Assembly (NCBI RefSeq): GCF_006345805.1
Contig: NC_043004.1
Coordinates: 86,552,001-86,616,000 of the forward strand
Reading direction: 5' to 3'
Length of the DNA stretch: 64,000 nucleotides
Origin: Octopus sinensis
Lineage: Eukaryota
Under the pieces are notes generated by a model that saw only the letters and a program-made list of their open reading frames with translations, made no database searches and was not told the DNA's origin. How positions within the stretch are numbered: position 1 is the first letter of the stretch; each line of letters opens with the position of its first letter. A program made the translations under genes and the position numbers. Below are positions 26,907 through 40,096 of the stretch, in pieces.

Positions 26907-27169
26907 CATACACACACGCACATGTAGTTCAGACATGAGATTCAGATACTCTCCATATATTAATTTTCTCTTTAATTTTCTATCATTTTCACATGTGTAA
27001 GCTGGTCCGTTTTATATGTATACATATATATATATATTGTATTTGATGTATTTAATATATTTTATATATTGATGTGTCTTACTTGCTTATCCCCACATTT
27101 GCTAAGGATTATTAATATTATGTTAATGAATTAACATATGTCAGTTTGAACTCTCCATTTTCCTTTTAT

Positions 27170-27205
<36 letters not shown>

Positions 27206-27403
27206 CACCTGCTTGTTGTTCATTTACCTGTCTTTATCTTTTGTTTTCTGTAAATTTGAATTCTGAGGGGAGCAGGAACACTAAGCTCCTTTCTTCGAAA
27301 ATATAAGGACGCAGATTGTGTGTCGGTAGCCAGCTGGCGACAATGTTTCCTGGGGTTAAATAACAATAACATTCATCCTAATCAGGACTTGGCAAATGAT
27401 CTT

Positions 27404-27443
<40 letters not shown>

Positions 27444-28004
27444 GTATAAATAATATATATATCTATGTATATATGTGTGTGTATATATATATATATATAT
27501 ATTATTTATGTTATTATTTAATTGAATGCCACGCATCCATTTCCAAGTAAGTTTATATATATATATAATATATATATATATATAACAAAGTGAAGTTGTA
27601 AGGTATAATATATATATATATTATATATATATATATATATATTAAAAAGCACCCACTGCACTCTCAGAGTGGTTGGCATTAGGAAGGGCATCTAGCTGTA
27701 GAAACTCTGCCAGATCAAGATTGGAGCCTTGGGCAGCTATCTGGTTCACCAGTCCTCAGTGAAATCATCCAACCCATGCTACCATAGAAACCGGACGTTA
27801 AATGATGATGATGATGATGATGATATATATATGGCACGTAAAAGTACCCACTACACTCTCAGAGTGGTTGGCTTTAGGAAGGGCATCCAGCTGTAGAAAC
27901 CCTGCCAGATGAAGATTGAAGCCTGGTGCAGCCATCTGGTTCACCAGCCCTCAGTCATACGTCCAACCCATGCTAGCATGGAAAGCAGACATTAAATGAT
28001 GATG

Positions 28005-28071
<67 letters not shown>

Positions 28072-28218
28072 ATAAAGGGTTAAAAGCAACAAGTTGCTCA
28101 AAACCACATACCGAAAATATTAGAAATAGCAGCCAAAATTGGTCAGTATTTCCTCTACTAGTAAAATTGACTAGGTGAAATTGATTAATTTTATTAAATT
28201 AATTATATTCCACCCTTT

Positions 28219-28261
<43 letters not shown>

Positions 28262-28904
28262 TTAATCTCTTATTTGTTTCAGGCCATTAGACTGTGGCTA
28301 TAGTCGTGCACTGTCTTGAAGAACTTTTATTCAAATGCTTTTCCTCTCAATGAATCCTCAAGTCCTTCTGGTCCTTCTGGTCCTTCTGGTTTTGTGTATT
28401 TCTATTACCTTGTTTACTGTATTTAATGTGTTTAAAAATCCTAGTTCTTCATATCAAAGTTTTTCTTATAATTCCCCCAATCCTTTATCACAATGTAAAA
28501 TCCTCTCTCATTTCCTAAATTCTCTTAAATTCCAGCAGTCTTGTCATAGTCACATGCATGAATTATTTATTTTCATTTTCTTTTTGCTTACTTTTTTATG
28601 CAATGACTTCCTGTAATAGACATCTACCCATCTTAGTTTCAGGGCAAAAATATTCAATTAATGTCAGCTCTAGGATGGCATATTCTGAGACAGGGGAGAA
28701 ATTTATGGACAAATGTTTTAAGGATCAGTTTACAGCACAAGACTTGTAAGGACCAGTTTATCATATCAAAGCAGCAGGTATTACCAAGTTGTAATGAATA
28801 ACAGACATTGCCAAGTTTTAGTGAATAACAAGTGTTGCTAAAACTGCTGTGAACAACAGGAATTGCTAAGTAGTTATTGGTCACGATATAAATTTTGGAG
28901 TTAA

Positions 28905-29640
28905 GGCGGTGAGCTGGCAGATTCGTTAGCATGCAGGGCAAAATTCTTAGCAGTATTTCATCTGTCTTTACATTCTGAGATCAAATTCCACCGAGGCCAA
29001 CTTTATCTTTCATCCTTTCAGGGTTAATAAAATAAGTGTCAGTTGAACACTTGGGTGGATGTAATTGACTGACCACCTCCCTCAAATTTCAGACCTTGTT
29101 GTCCCGGTTCTTCACAAGCTGAGTTCAAATCCCGTCAAGGTCAACTTTGATTTTCATTGTTTTGTGGTCGATAAAATAAAGTGCCAGTTGAACACTGGGA
29201 TGGATGTAATTGACTGACCACCTTCCTCAAATTTCAGGCCTTGTCTCTCTAATATTTGTCCCGGCTTTTCACAAGCTGAGTTCAAATCCCATCAAGGTCA
29301 GCTTTGATTTTCCTTGTTTCATGGTCGATAAAATAAGTGCCAGTTGAAAATGGGGGTCGATGTGATCGACTTTTCCTCTTGGCAAAAATTGCTGGCTTTG
29401 TGCCAAAATTTGAAACCTATATTATTTTTGGAGTCAAGCTGGCAGAATCATTAGCAAGCTGAGCAAAACACTTAGTGACATTTCATCAGGCTTTACATTC
29501 TGAGTTCAAATTCCACTGAGGTTGACTTAGCCTTTCCTCCTTTCAGGGTCGATAAAATGAGTAGCAGTTGAGCACTAGGGTCAATGTAATTGACTCACTC
29601 TCTCCCCTGAAAGTACAGACCCTGTGCCAAAATTTGAAAC
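28905..29640 (+). mobile_element. Array of about four Nin/Deu-like SINE units
   Basis: Repeated gagttcaaat...ggtcgataaaat...cagttga...gtaattgact. Confidence 0.75.
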
Positions 29641-30140
29641 CAATTTTATTTTTGGAGTTCCCCTCTCAGTTTGAGATCAGTCTTCCTGCCCAGATCTTTT
29701 CTTTTGTGGTTTCATTTCATGACCTTCACTTCATTGTACAGTCCTCTTTGATTTAGGAAAGAGAGAGGGAGAGAGAATCTATATTGGTGAGTATTTCATG
29801 TTTGAAAATCTCTTTCACACAGTTATTATCACTGATGAATACTTTTCTAATATCATTCATAAGTCTGCTTTGTAGTTTGAAGACAAACCCTTTTAAGCCA
29901 TTTTATATCTAGCACTTTTAGAGATTTTAGTAGAAGATGTGTTACTGAATGTCAATTTATAAGTGATGATGTTCTTCATCAAGAATATCACAAAAGAAAA
30001 CTTGTCCAGGTTCCTATTATATTTATCAAATGATTCAGTTTTTTTTTTAGCTTTCCCAATATCATCCCTTGCTTCTTATACTGTTATCAAACTCATCCCA
30101 TTACCAACACATCATTCTCCCTTTTCTGCACATCATTCTC

Positions 30141-30189
<49 letters not shown>

Positions 30190-31058
30190 GCTAGTGTCAA
30201 ACCTTTACACCATCTGATCTCTTCAACACCTCATCTAAATGGACAGTTTAATTCACTATCTCACTAAAACATCAACATACCACTACCAACAACTAAAATA
30301 AGGAAACCTATGTGTGGCCTCTTAACCTGCTAGAATAAATAGAATACCAGCTCAGGGCAATTGATTGCGTATCTGGATGAGATATCTTGTGGTATTTGTT
30401 CTAGCTCTTTGTGTTCCGGGGTTTTTGGGGTTACAACCTCAATTTGTCATGTGGTTTAATGCTACCAACTGGTCTTTGGGGTCCTTTGATACAAGTACAC
30501 TTCCTGGCAAGTAGTAGAGTCAAGCCTCCAGTTTTTAGGACAATTTCCCTCCCCCGCACCCCCATTCAGATGCTTTGAAAAAATAGTCATAACTGCTGCC
30601 CTTCCTTCCCTGGCTAAACTGTGAAAGAGAGAGGAAAAAAACCCCACTGTTGTTGCTGCTACTACAACCACCACACTATCACCACCACTAACAACCATCA
30701 CCACTACTACTTCTACTACTACAACTACTTCTACAGCTACTATTGCTACCAGCACAACCACTACCACCACCACCAACACCACCATCACCACCACCACCAC
30801 CACCACCACAACCACTACCATTATTACTACTACTACTACTGCTGCTGATGCTGGTGTTACTGCCGAGACATGACTTACATCATTTTTACTGTTACAGTTA
30901 TCTTAAATAAAGAGATAGGAGACAATTTATCAGTCAACGTTTATTTGTACAATCCTTAAGTAAACCAGCTTTCTAGCAACCGCACTTAGCTTCCATTATC
31001 TGACTCTCTGACTCGATATATGCTAACACACACATTTACACACTTATACACTCACTTC

Positions 31059-31123
<65 letters not shown>

Positions 31124-31182
31124 GCTAGTGTTAATAAGCTATCTTGAAAACAGAATTTTGGTAGTTGTATATATACATACAT

Positions 31183-31291
<109 letters not shown>

Positions 31292-31334
31292 TTAGATATA
31301 TATATTTAGATAATATATATATATTTAGATAAAG

Positions 31335-31519
31335 ATAGTTATGGCTGGCCTATGGGTTTCGTGTCCATAAAGTACTTAGATTTGCAGTGTCTCGTCAGAC
31401 ACTGATGGGCGGTGGCCTAGGTTATAGGCCACTCACCATTAAGGTCTGGCAAGATGCTGTAAAGCTGAGTGTTTATGGATGCAAAACCCTTGGTAACCTC
31501 ATAGACTGGCCATAACTAT
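31335..31519. mobile_element. Multi-hairpin MITE-like element
   Basis: TIRs ATAGTTATGGC...CTATG and CATAG...GCCATAACTAT with internal hairpins. Confidence 0.55.
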
Positions 31520-31643
31520 GTTTATCTAAATGCTCTACTGCTCATTAATTTAGAGTGTGCTTCTCTTTCGGATTTATGATTTACTGAAGATATACATTCA
31601 TACATACATTCATACATACATACATACAAATAGACAGACAGAC

Positions 31644-31701
<58 letters not shown>

Positions 31702-31879
31702 GATAGATAGACATACATACAGACAGACAGACAGATAGATAAATATAAATAATAAATAATGAAATTATTGTATACAGTGCTCAGGTGCACCACAACTTGT
31801 CAGAGTATATGCAGTAATGTACAAATGTCTGGAAAGCGAACAATGCATGAGTCAGATACATGCTTGTGTGTGTATGGAG

Positions 31880-32130
31880 GGGAGAAAATCAGGTGTAGTG
31901 TTGGCGAATCTCAGAAAGCATGGAAGTTTTGAAGGATGCAGTGCTCCGACAACTAACAACTAATACCGGCAGTTTGTTCCATGCTTCAGCAACTCTCAGC
32001 GTGAAAAAATGTTTCCTGAGGTTATGGGAGCTGTGCTGTTTTCTGACTTTGTAAATATGTCCACAGGTGTTAGATGGGTGGAGCTTAAAAAGGTGCTCAG
32101 AGTTATTGTTGGTACGATGGTTGATAATTT
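31880..32130 (-). mobile_element. CR1-type LINE 3' end
   Basis: KIINH...TCGHIYKV...LRKHFFTLRVAEAWNKLP. Confidence 0.85.
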
Positions 32131-32629
32131 TAAAGATAAATAGGTAGGTAGGTAGGTAGATAGATAATATATGTATATATACATTTAGATGAGGTGTTGG
32201 AGAAGAGATCATAGGTGCAGGAGTGGCTGTGTGGTAAGTAGCTTGCTTACTAACCACATGGTTCTGGCTTCAGTCCCACTGCGAGGCACCTTGGGCAAGA
32301 GTCTTCTACTATAGCCTCAGGCTGACCAAAGCCTTGAGTGGATTTGGTGGACGGAAACTGGAAGAAGCCCATCATATGTGTGTGTGAGTGTGTGTGTGTG
32401 TGTATGTTTCTGTGTCTGTGTTTGTCCCCCTAACATCGCTTGACAACTGATGCTGGTGTGTTTACATCCCCATCACTTAGTGGTTCAGCAAGAGAGACCG
32501 ATAGAACAAGTACTAGGCTTACAAAGAATAAGTCCTGGGGTCGATTTGCTCAACTAAAGGTAGTGCTCCAGTATGGCTACAGCCAAATGACTGAAACAAA
32601 TAAAAGAAAAGAAAAGAAACAAAAAAAAA

Positions 32630-32681
<52 letters not shown>

Positions 32682-32682
32682 C

Positions 32683-32713
<31 letters not shown>

Positions 32714-32889
32714 GTATATGTATACATACACACACACACACACACACACACATATCATTGCTATTATGCAAAAGTATCGTAAGTCCAAAACATTGCTTTT
32801 TCAGAAAATGAAAAAATAGTTTCACCATTCCATTTCTTTTTAGACTAGCAACAGTTCCAGCTTAACAATAATACTTTATCGGGTGCATA

Positions 32890-33150
32890 AGATCATAACT
32901 GGTTTGAATTGTAAAATTCAAACCAGTTTAGGTGTTGTAACTCTTTACGGTAACAGTTCCAGTCAAAGCGAGTGATTTGAAGGTGGTGGTGCTTCTTGTT
33001 TCTGCCTACAAGAGACAGATTGGCAATGATCATAGCATGATTGGAGTCACTTAGAGGTTCCTTTGTCACAACACTGATAACAGTTCTAGGAGTGGTGGTA
33101 AAGAGCAGGTCCAAAGTGTTATTACGAATGAAAAGGTTCCCATTCAATTT
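32890..33150 (-). mobile_element. LINE APE endonuclease fragment (CR1/Jockey type)
   Basis: RNNTLDLLFTT...EPLSDSNHAMI. Confidence 0.75.
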
Positions 33151-33394
33151 CAGGGTAGTTGAAGTCACCAGTAATGAAAATATATGTGGCTGTTATATAT
33201 ATAGAACATCTAGCATTGTAGGTTTTCCAACACCAGCTGGGCAGTAAGAATAGGCACAGACGTGGCTATGTGGTAAGAAGCTTGGTTCCTGGTTCAGTCC
33301 CACTGCATGACACCTTGAACAAGTGTCTTCTGTTATAGCCTCTGGCTGACTAAAGCCTTGTGGGAGGATTTGATAAACAGAAACTGAAAGAAGC

Positions 33395-33623
33395 TGGCGA
33401 GCTGGCAGAATCGTTAGCACGCCGGGCGAAATGCTTAGCAGTATTTCGTCTACCGTTACATTCTGAGTTCAAATTTTGCGGAGGTCAACTTTGCCTTTCA
33501 TTCTTTTGGGGTCAATTAAATAAGTACCAGTTACGCACTGGAGTCGATATAATTGACTTAATCCGTTTGTCTGTCCTTGTTTGTCCTCTCTGTGTGTAGC
33601 CCCTTGTGTACAGTAAAGAAATA
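33395..33623 (+). mobile_element. Nin/Deu-like SINE nested in a CORE-like SINE
   Basis: 16-bp TSD AGAAACTGAAAGAAGC (33379-33394 and 33624-33639). Confidence 0.9.
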
Positions 33624-33643
33624 AGAAACTGAAAGAAGCCCAT

Positions 33644-33693
<50 letters not shown>

Positions 33694-34349
33694 CATCATC
33701 TTCATCATCATCATCATCATTTTATGTCCGCTTTCCATGCTGGCATGGGTTGGACTGTTTGACTGAGGACTGGTGAACCAGAGGCTACACCAGGTTCTAT
33801 CTGACCTGGTAAGGTTTCTACAGCTGGATGCCCTTCCTAATGCCAATCGCTCTGAGAGTGTAGTGGGTGCTTTTACCTGGCACCGACACAAGGGCCAGTC
33901 AGATGGTTCTAGCAACAACCACACTCAAAAGGTGTTTTTACGTGCCACTAGCACATGTGCCAGTAAAGCGATGCTAGCAATGATCATGCTCGAATGATAC
34001 TTTTCACGTGTCACCGGCATGGGAGCAAATCCGTGACCCTGGCAATGATCATGCTCGGATGTGCTTTTAACATACCACTGGCATGAGTACCAATCATTGA
34101 CCATGTCAGCAATTTTAATTTGTTTTCACTTGCCTCAATAGGTCTTCACAAGCAAAATTCATTGTCCAATAAATGAGGAGTACTCATAAGTGGGCCACTT
34201 ATACCCCACGTTCGGATGTGCTTTTAACGTTCCACTGACACGAGTGCCAATCAGGCGGTACTGTCATCTGCCACGTCATGCTTCTGTCTAATTTGTGAAA
34301 TTTATATATATATATGTGTGTGCATGTGTGTCTGTGTGTATATGTATAG

Positions 34350-37010
34350 TCCCTTCCAGACCTAGAGTTACATGGTGGTGGAATAGTACAGTAGACAAAG
34401 CCATTAGTGCAAAGAAACAGGCCTGGAAAGCCTGGAGGGATGGGGGTAGCAGAGAACTGTGCCAGGTAGCCAAAAGGGAGGCTGGGCGTCAGGTATACAT
34501 AGCCAAAGATGTAGCAGAAAAGAAGAAGTTTGCCAATGTCCAGCGACGTGAGGACCAAAGAACTGAGGTATTTCGGATTGCTAGACAGTGTGTGAGAGAA
34601 AATAGTGATGTTACAGGAGAGAAATGTGTCCGAATGGATGATGGTGCACTTGCTTTTAATGATGGTGAAAAGAAAGAGGCTTGGAGAAGCCATTATGAAA
34701 GACTGCTGAATGTGGAGAATGAATGGGAGGAGGAGAGCCTGCCAAATGTTGACCCAGTAGAGGGACCAGCTATCCGAATAGACAGCTCCCTTGTAGTTAA
34801 AGCAATTAAGGGTATGAAACCAGGTAAAGCCCCCGGCCCATCAGGAATCACTACTGAGATGCTTAAGGCAGCTGGTGGTGTGGGCTATGGCCTAGTCACC
34901 CGCATTGTAAACCAGGTAGTTCATAATGAAGTCATACCCAATGACTGGCATAGTAGCACCACAGTCAACTGCTACAAGGGTAAAGGTGATGCTCTAGATA
35001 GAAATAACTACAGGGGTAGTTGGATCAGGTGATGAAGGTCACAGAGAGGGTCATAACCCATTTCATTAGGGAGAGAATTTGCTTAGATGAGATGCAGTTC
35101 GGTTTTGTGCCAGGTAGAAGCACCACTGATGCTATATTCCTGGTCCGACAACTGCAGGAGAAGTACCTAGCTAAAGATAAACCCCTCCTACATAGCTTTT
35201 GTGGACTTGGAGAAAGCCTTTGACAGGGTCCCCCGATCCCTTATCTGGTGGTTGATGCGGAAACTGGAGATTGACGAATGGCTAATAAGGGCTGTACAGG
35301 CCCTATACAGAGAGGCTGTCGGCAAGGTTAGGATTGGCAACGAATATAGTGAAGAATTCCGGGTAGAAGTAGGTGTACACCAAAGTTCAGCCCTCAGTCC
35401 CCTTTTATTCATCATAGTCCTCCAGGCAATAACAGAGGAATTCAAAACAGGTTGCCCCTGGGAGCTCCTCTATGCTGATGACCTGGCTCTCATAGTAGAA
35501 TCACTACCGGAACTAGAAAAGAAATTTCGTTTGTGGAAGCAAGGGTTAGAATCAAAGGACCTTAGAGTAAATGTAGCAAAGACTAAAGTTATAGTAAGCA
35601 GAAAGGCGAACTCAGCACACACACCCTTGGGCAGGTGGCCCTGCTCAATCTGTAGGAAAGGTGTAGGTAGAAACTCCATAAGATGTACCCAGTGTAAGCT
35701 ATGGACGCATAAGAGGTGCAGCAACATCAAAGGGAAATTAACTGACAAGATAGCTTTCATGTGCGGCAGATGCACAGGGACAATAGACACCACAGATACT
35801 CAGAAAACAGATTCCATCACACTCCAGGGAGAGAAACTAGAAGTAGTTGATAGTTTCCGCTACCTGGGTGACCAAGTTAGTAGTGGAGGTGGATGCTCAG
35901 AGAGTGTCACCACTAGAATACGAATAGCCTGGGCAAAGTTTAGAAAGCTCCTACCCCTACTGGCAACAAAGGGTCTCTCGCTCAGAGTGAAAGGTAGATT
36001 GTATGATACATGTGTGCGAACTACCATGCTTCATGGTAGTAAAACATGGGCTGTGACTGCAGAGGACATGCATAGACTTGAAAGAAATGAAGCTAACATG
36101 ATTCGCTGGATGTGTAATGTCAGTGTGCACGCACGACAGAGTGTAAGCACCCTGAGAGAAATGCTAGACATAAGAAGCATCAGATGTGGTGTGCAAGAGT
36201 GACGCTTGCGATGGTATGGTCATGTCCTGCGGATGGATGAGGAGAGATGTGTGAAGAAGTGCCGCTCCCAAACAGTTGAAGGTATCAGGGGGAGAGGTAG
36301 ACTCAGGAAGACATGGGATGAGGTAGTCAAGCATGACCTCAGAGCGTTGACCCTCACAGAGGCAATGACGAAGGACCGAGATCTCTGGAGATATGCTGTG
36401 ACTGCAAAGACCCGGGCTGCTTCCTGCACCAGTTCTGCATAGCCCCTGCCCATTCAAAGTATCTTGGATTTCAGAACAACCCACTGTGCTTGAGGAGACC
36501 TATTGAGTCAAGTGCATGAACATCGAAATAAATATCAATGGAAATAGTAGTTGTGGTACCTGTGCCGGTGGCACATAAAAAGCACCATCCGAACGTGGCC
36601 GATGCCAGCACCGCCTCGACTGGCTTCTGTGCCGGTGGCACATAAAAAGCACCATCCGAACGTGGCTGATGCCAGCACCGCCTTGACTGGCTTCTGTGCT
36701 GGTGGCACGTAAAAAGCACCATCCGAGCATGACCGATGCCAGCGCCGCCTTGACTGGCTTCCATGCTGGTGGCACATTAAAAGCACCAACCGATCGTGGC
36801 TGCTGCCAGACTCCCCTGGCACCTGTGTCGCTGGCACATAAAAAGCACCCACTACACTTGCGGAGTGGTTAGCGTTAGGAAGGGCATCCAGCTGTAGAAA
36901 CACTGTCAGATCAGACTGGAGCCTGGTGCAGCCTCCTGGTCGAACCGTCCAACCCGTGCTAGCACGGAAACGGATGTTAAACGATGATGATGATGATGAT
37001 GATGATAATG
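34350..37010 (+). mobile_element. 5'-truncated RTE LINE: RT with PHD-like insert, 3' UTR with 67-bp repeats, (GAT)n tail
   Basis: QFGFVPGRSTTDAIF, DLEKAFDRVP, GVHQSSALSPLLF, YADDL and FRYLG motifs. Two frameshifts and a TGA at ~36200. Confidence 0.95.
36561..36850 (+). repeat. 67-bp minisatellite in the RTE 3' UTR
   Basis: Anchors at 36561, 36628, 36695, 36762 and 36824. Confidence 0.9.
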
Positions 37011-37314
37011 ATGTATGAATGTATGTACATATCATCATCATCATCAACGTTTAATGTCCGATTTCCATGCTAGCATGGGTTGGACAATTTGACTGAGGAC
37101 TGGCGAACCAGATGGCTACACCAGGCTCCAATCTGATCTGGCAAAGTTCCTACAGCTGGTTGCCCTTCCTAATGCCAACCACTCCAACAGTGTAGTGGGT
37201 ACTTTTACGTGCAACTGGTACAAGGGCCAGTCAGGCGGTACTGGCAATGGCCACACTCAAATGCTGTTTTTTACATGCCACCTGCACAGGAGCCAGTCCT
37301 GCACATATGTGTAT

Positions 37315-37347
<33 letters not shown>

Positions 37348-37767
37348 CACATATATATATATACATATATGTATATATACATATATATGTATACATAGAT
37401 ATGTATACACATACAAATATGTATTGCCATTCAAGAGAGAACATTTACTTATAATCTCTTACATGTAGAGTGTGTTTTTGTTTATAATTCTAAACCAACA
37501 AAATATTTGGTCAAATGAATAGAAACTACGGATATTGTTTGTAGAGATAATCTCCTGATTGAAAAAGAATTTTTATGTTTTCTTATCTTAAATCTCTTAA
37601 GTAGTGGAGCTATTTCCGAAATCTCTGTGAAGGACTCTTTATTTATTGACAGGTTATAAATTCTTGCACAGTAAACTTTACATTACTTTTTGTACATATT
37701 TAATCCGAACACTCCTACTTAGGGAAGAACTGCCTTACACGTATATAATACATACACACACATATAT

Positions 37768-37833
<66 letters not shown>

Positions 37834-37845
37834 CATATATATATC

Positions 37846-37877
<32 letters not shown>

Positions 37878-38559
37878 ATACATACACACAGTCATACATA
37901 TCTACATATAGACTTACCTACCTAAATACATTCAGTCATACCTACGTACATACCTACACTCACACACACATGCATAGTTTTTTGGCAAATTTGACAATGG
38001 CCAAGCAGTTGCCAAAATGGATGTTCTAAATATGAATAAAAAAATTAAAATAAAATAACAAATAAATTAGTTAAAAAAAGAGAGAATGAAATTTTTTTAA
38101 AAAAGCAGAAGGGGAAGGTGTTGAGTCCATCCATTAATGGTCAATGGAGACCATGATTTTGACCATGGGGCTCTTTGACAGAGAAGGTAACCATACAGAA
38201 GACTGAAGAATTACATCGATACCCATCGCTACTACACCTTCCACTTGTCTGAAACTATGGAAATTGCTGTGTTTCATTGTCACAATGTGTGGTAGTTTGA
38301 TTGCTTCAATGAAATATCTACTGTGTGTGACCCTAAGAAGTTTTAACCATCAGGAATCATTGCAGTATGGTGGCTTGTGTGCCTCGATGACTACAAGAAC
38401 TATGTCAGTCTCACATGTTTGGCAGGTCAAAGGGTAGAGGGCAGACTAATAAGGACCTACTCTTCCCAGACGTTTAAAATGAGTTTGTGTTGGACAAAAC
38501 CTACTCCCTTGAAAAGTGCAAAGTTACAGAAACATCAATGACAATTTAAAACTATGAAA

Positions 38560-39020
38560 ATTCAAGGCATGTGAGAGGAAGGCCTTCCCACAAGGAAACA
38601 TGAACGCGCAAGGGAGGCAGAATAGAGGGTGCCAAAAAATAACTGGAGGCAGGATACTGAGGCAGAGGTGGAAAAGCAGGAATCCAACTCGAGAGAAGCA
38701 AAAAAGACAGCCCGGAGTTGACGGCAGTGGAGAAAAGTCATTGATGAACTATGCCATATATATATATATACACGCAGCAAGTTTAGATGGGCTGGACACA
38801 TCGCCCGGCTCACCAATAATCGGTGGACCCGTGCAGTTGTCGAGTGGTATCCGCGCGAGCGGAAACGACTACCTGAAAGGCCTCCATGACGGTGGAGTTA
38901 TGATTTCAGGAGGATGATTGGGATCACGTGGATGAGAAAGGCGCGATCCAGAGAGGAGTGGACAGCATGCTGTGACCAGCGGTGTCAAATGGACGCCTGA
39001 TGGACTGGTCGGACAAGGTG
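38560..39020 (+). mobile_element. Two adjacent RTE 3' fragments of different families
   Basis: GRPSHKET...RQWRKVIDELC and FRWAGHIARLTNNRWTRAVVEWYPR. Confidence 0.75.
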
Positions 39021-39445
39021 ATATATATATACATGTGTGTGTGTGTGTGTGTGTGTGTATGTATATGTATATGTATATATCATTCGGTTGATTCTGCTAT
39101 ATATTAATAAAAATATACATGTATTCATACTTTGAGTTTTGTTTTTCCTGTTTGCACTAATATACATATATATACATATATATCATACAATACACATTCA
39201 ACACTCCTAAAAAACAAATGTAAGTTTGTTTATGCACACACGTGGTTGTTACAAATATAATATATATAATAAACATAATTTATATGTACATACATATATA
39301 TAATTTATATATATATGCATATAATTTATATGTATATATATATATTATATATATATTATATATATATATATATAAATATATATACATACATATAGATAGA
39401 TAGATAGTTATGTGTATGTCTGTATATATGTCATTACATATAATT

Positions 39446-39510
<65 letters not shown>

Positions 39511-39726
39511 CACATGCACATCACCAACATTATCGTTTTAACATTTAATTATATGTATGTATATATAAATATATATTTATATTTGCATATATATGTATGT
39601 ATGTGCATATATGTATATACATATGTATATGGAAAGAGACACAGAGATATAATAAGTGGAGTGGTGAGAATGAAGAAAGCGCTGAGGACTTAAGACGCAA
39701 AAGAATAACGCTAAACAGAGACTTAC

Positions 39727-39766
39727 CTGCTGGCATTAAGTATGTTGATTAAAAAAGAACTCTTTG
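39727..39766 (-). other. Candidate 40-nt micro-exon
   Basis: Branch-like CTTAAC, acceptor catttacttACAG|, donor CAG|GTAAGT. Confidence 0.45.
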
Positions 39767-40038
39767 CTGTAAGTAAATGGTTAAGAAAATGTGGCTTTGG
39801 TGACGGGGAAAGTGTTGAGTGACATAAAGCATTTCTTATTCAGTAATATGTATGTGTGCGTGTGAGTGCGTTTCTGTGTGTGTGGGTGTGTGTTTGCATA
39901 TAGGCATGTATGGGTTGGGATCATTGGCTTCAAGGAAAAGGCATGTTGTATCTTGAAGAATAATTTGGCCAATGTTTATTATTATCATTGTTGTTGTTGT
40001 TATTATTATTATTGTTTTTGTTGTTGTTATTATTATTG

Positions 40039-40096
<58 letters not shown>

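Noticed and set aside
27256-27305. CTGAGGG...GAAA as a hammerhead
   Set aside because: The core lacks A9 and the stem is offset from GAAA.
28643-28745. Plus-strand exon-like segment (tttcAG|...|GTAAGG)
   Set aside because: No recognisable product and no partner exons on that strand nearby.
30879-30901. 23-nt minus-strand micro-exon candidate
   Set aside because: It has a stop in the frame needed to join the NSUN7 model. It could only be UTR and has no other support.
36561-36850. Regularly spaced repeats as a CRISPR array (also 46420-46735)
   Set aside because: The units are contiguous with no unique spacers, there are no cas genes, and the context is eukaryotic.
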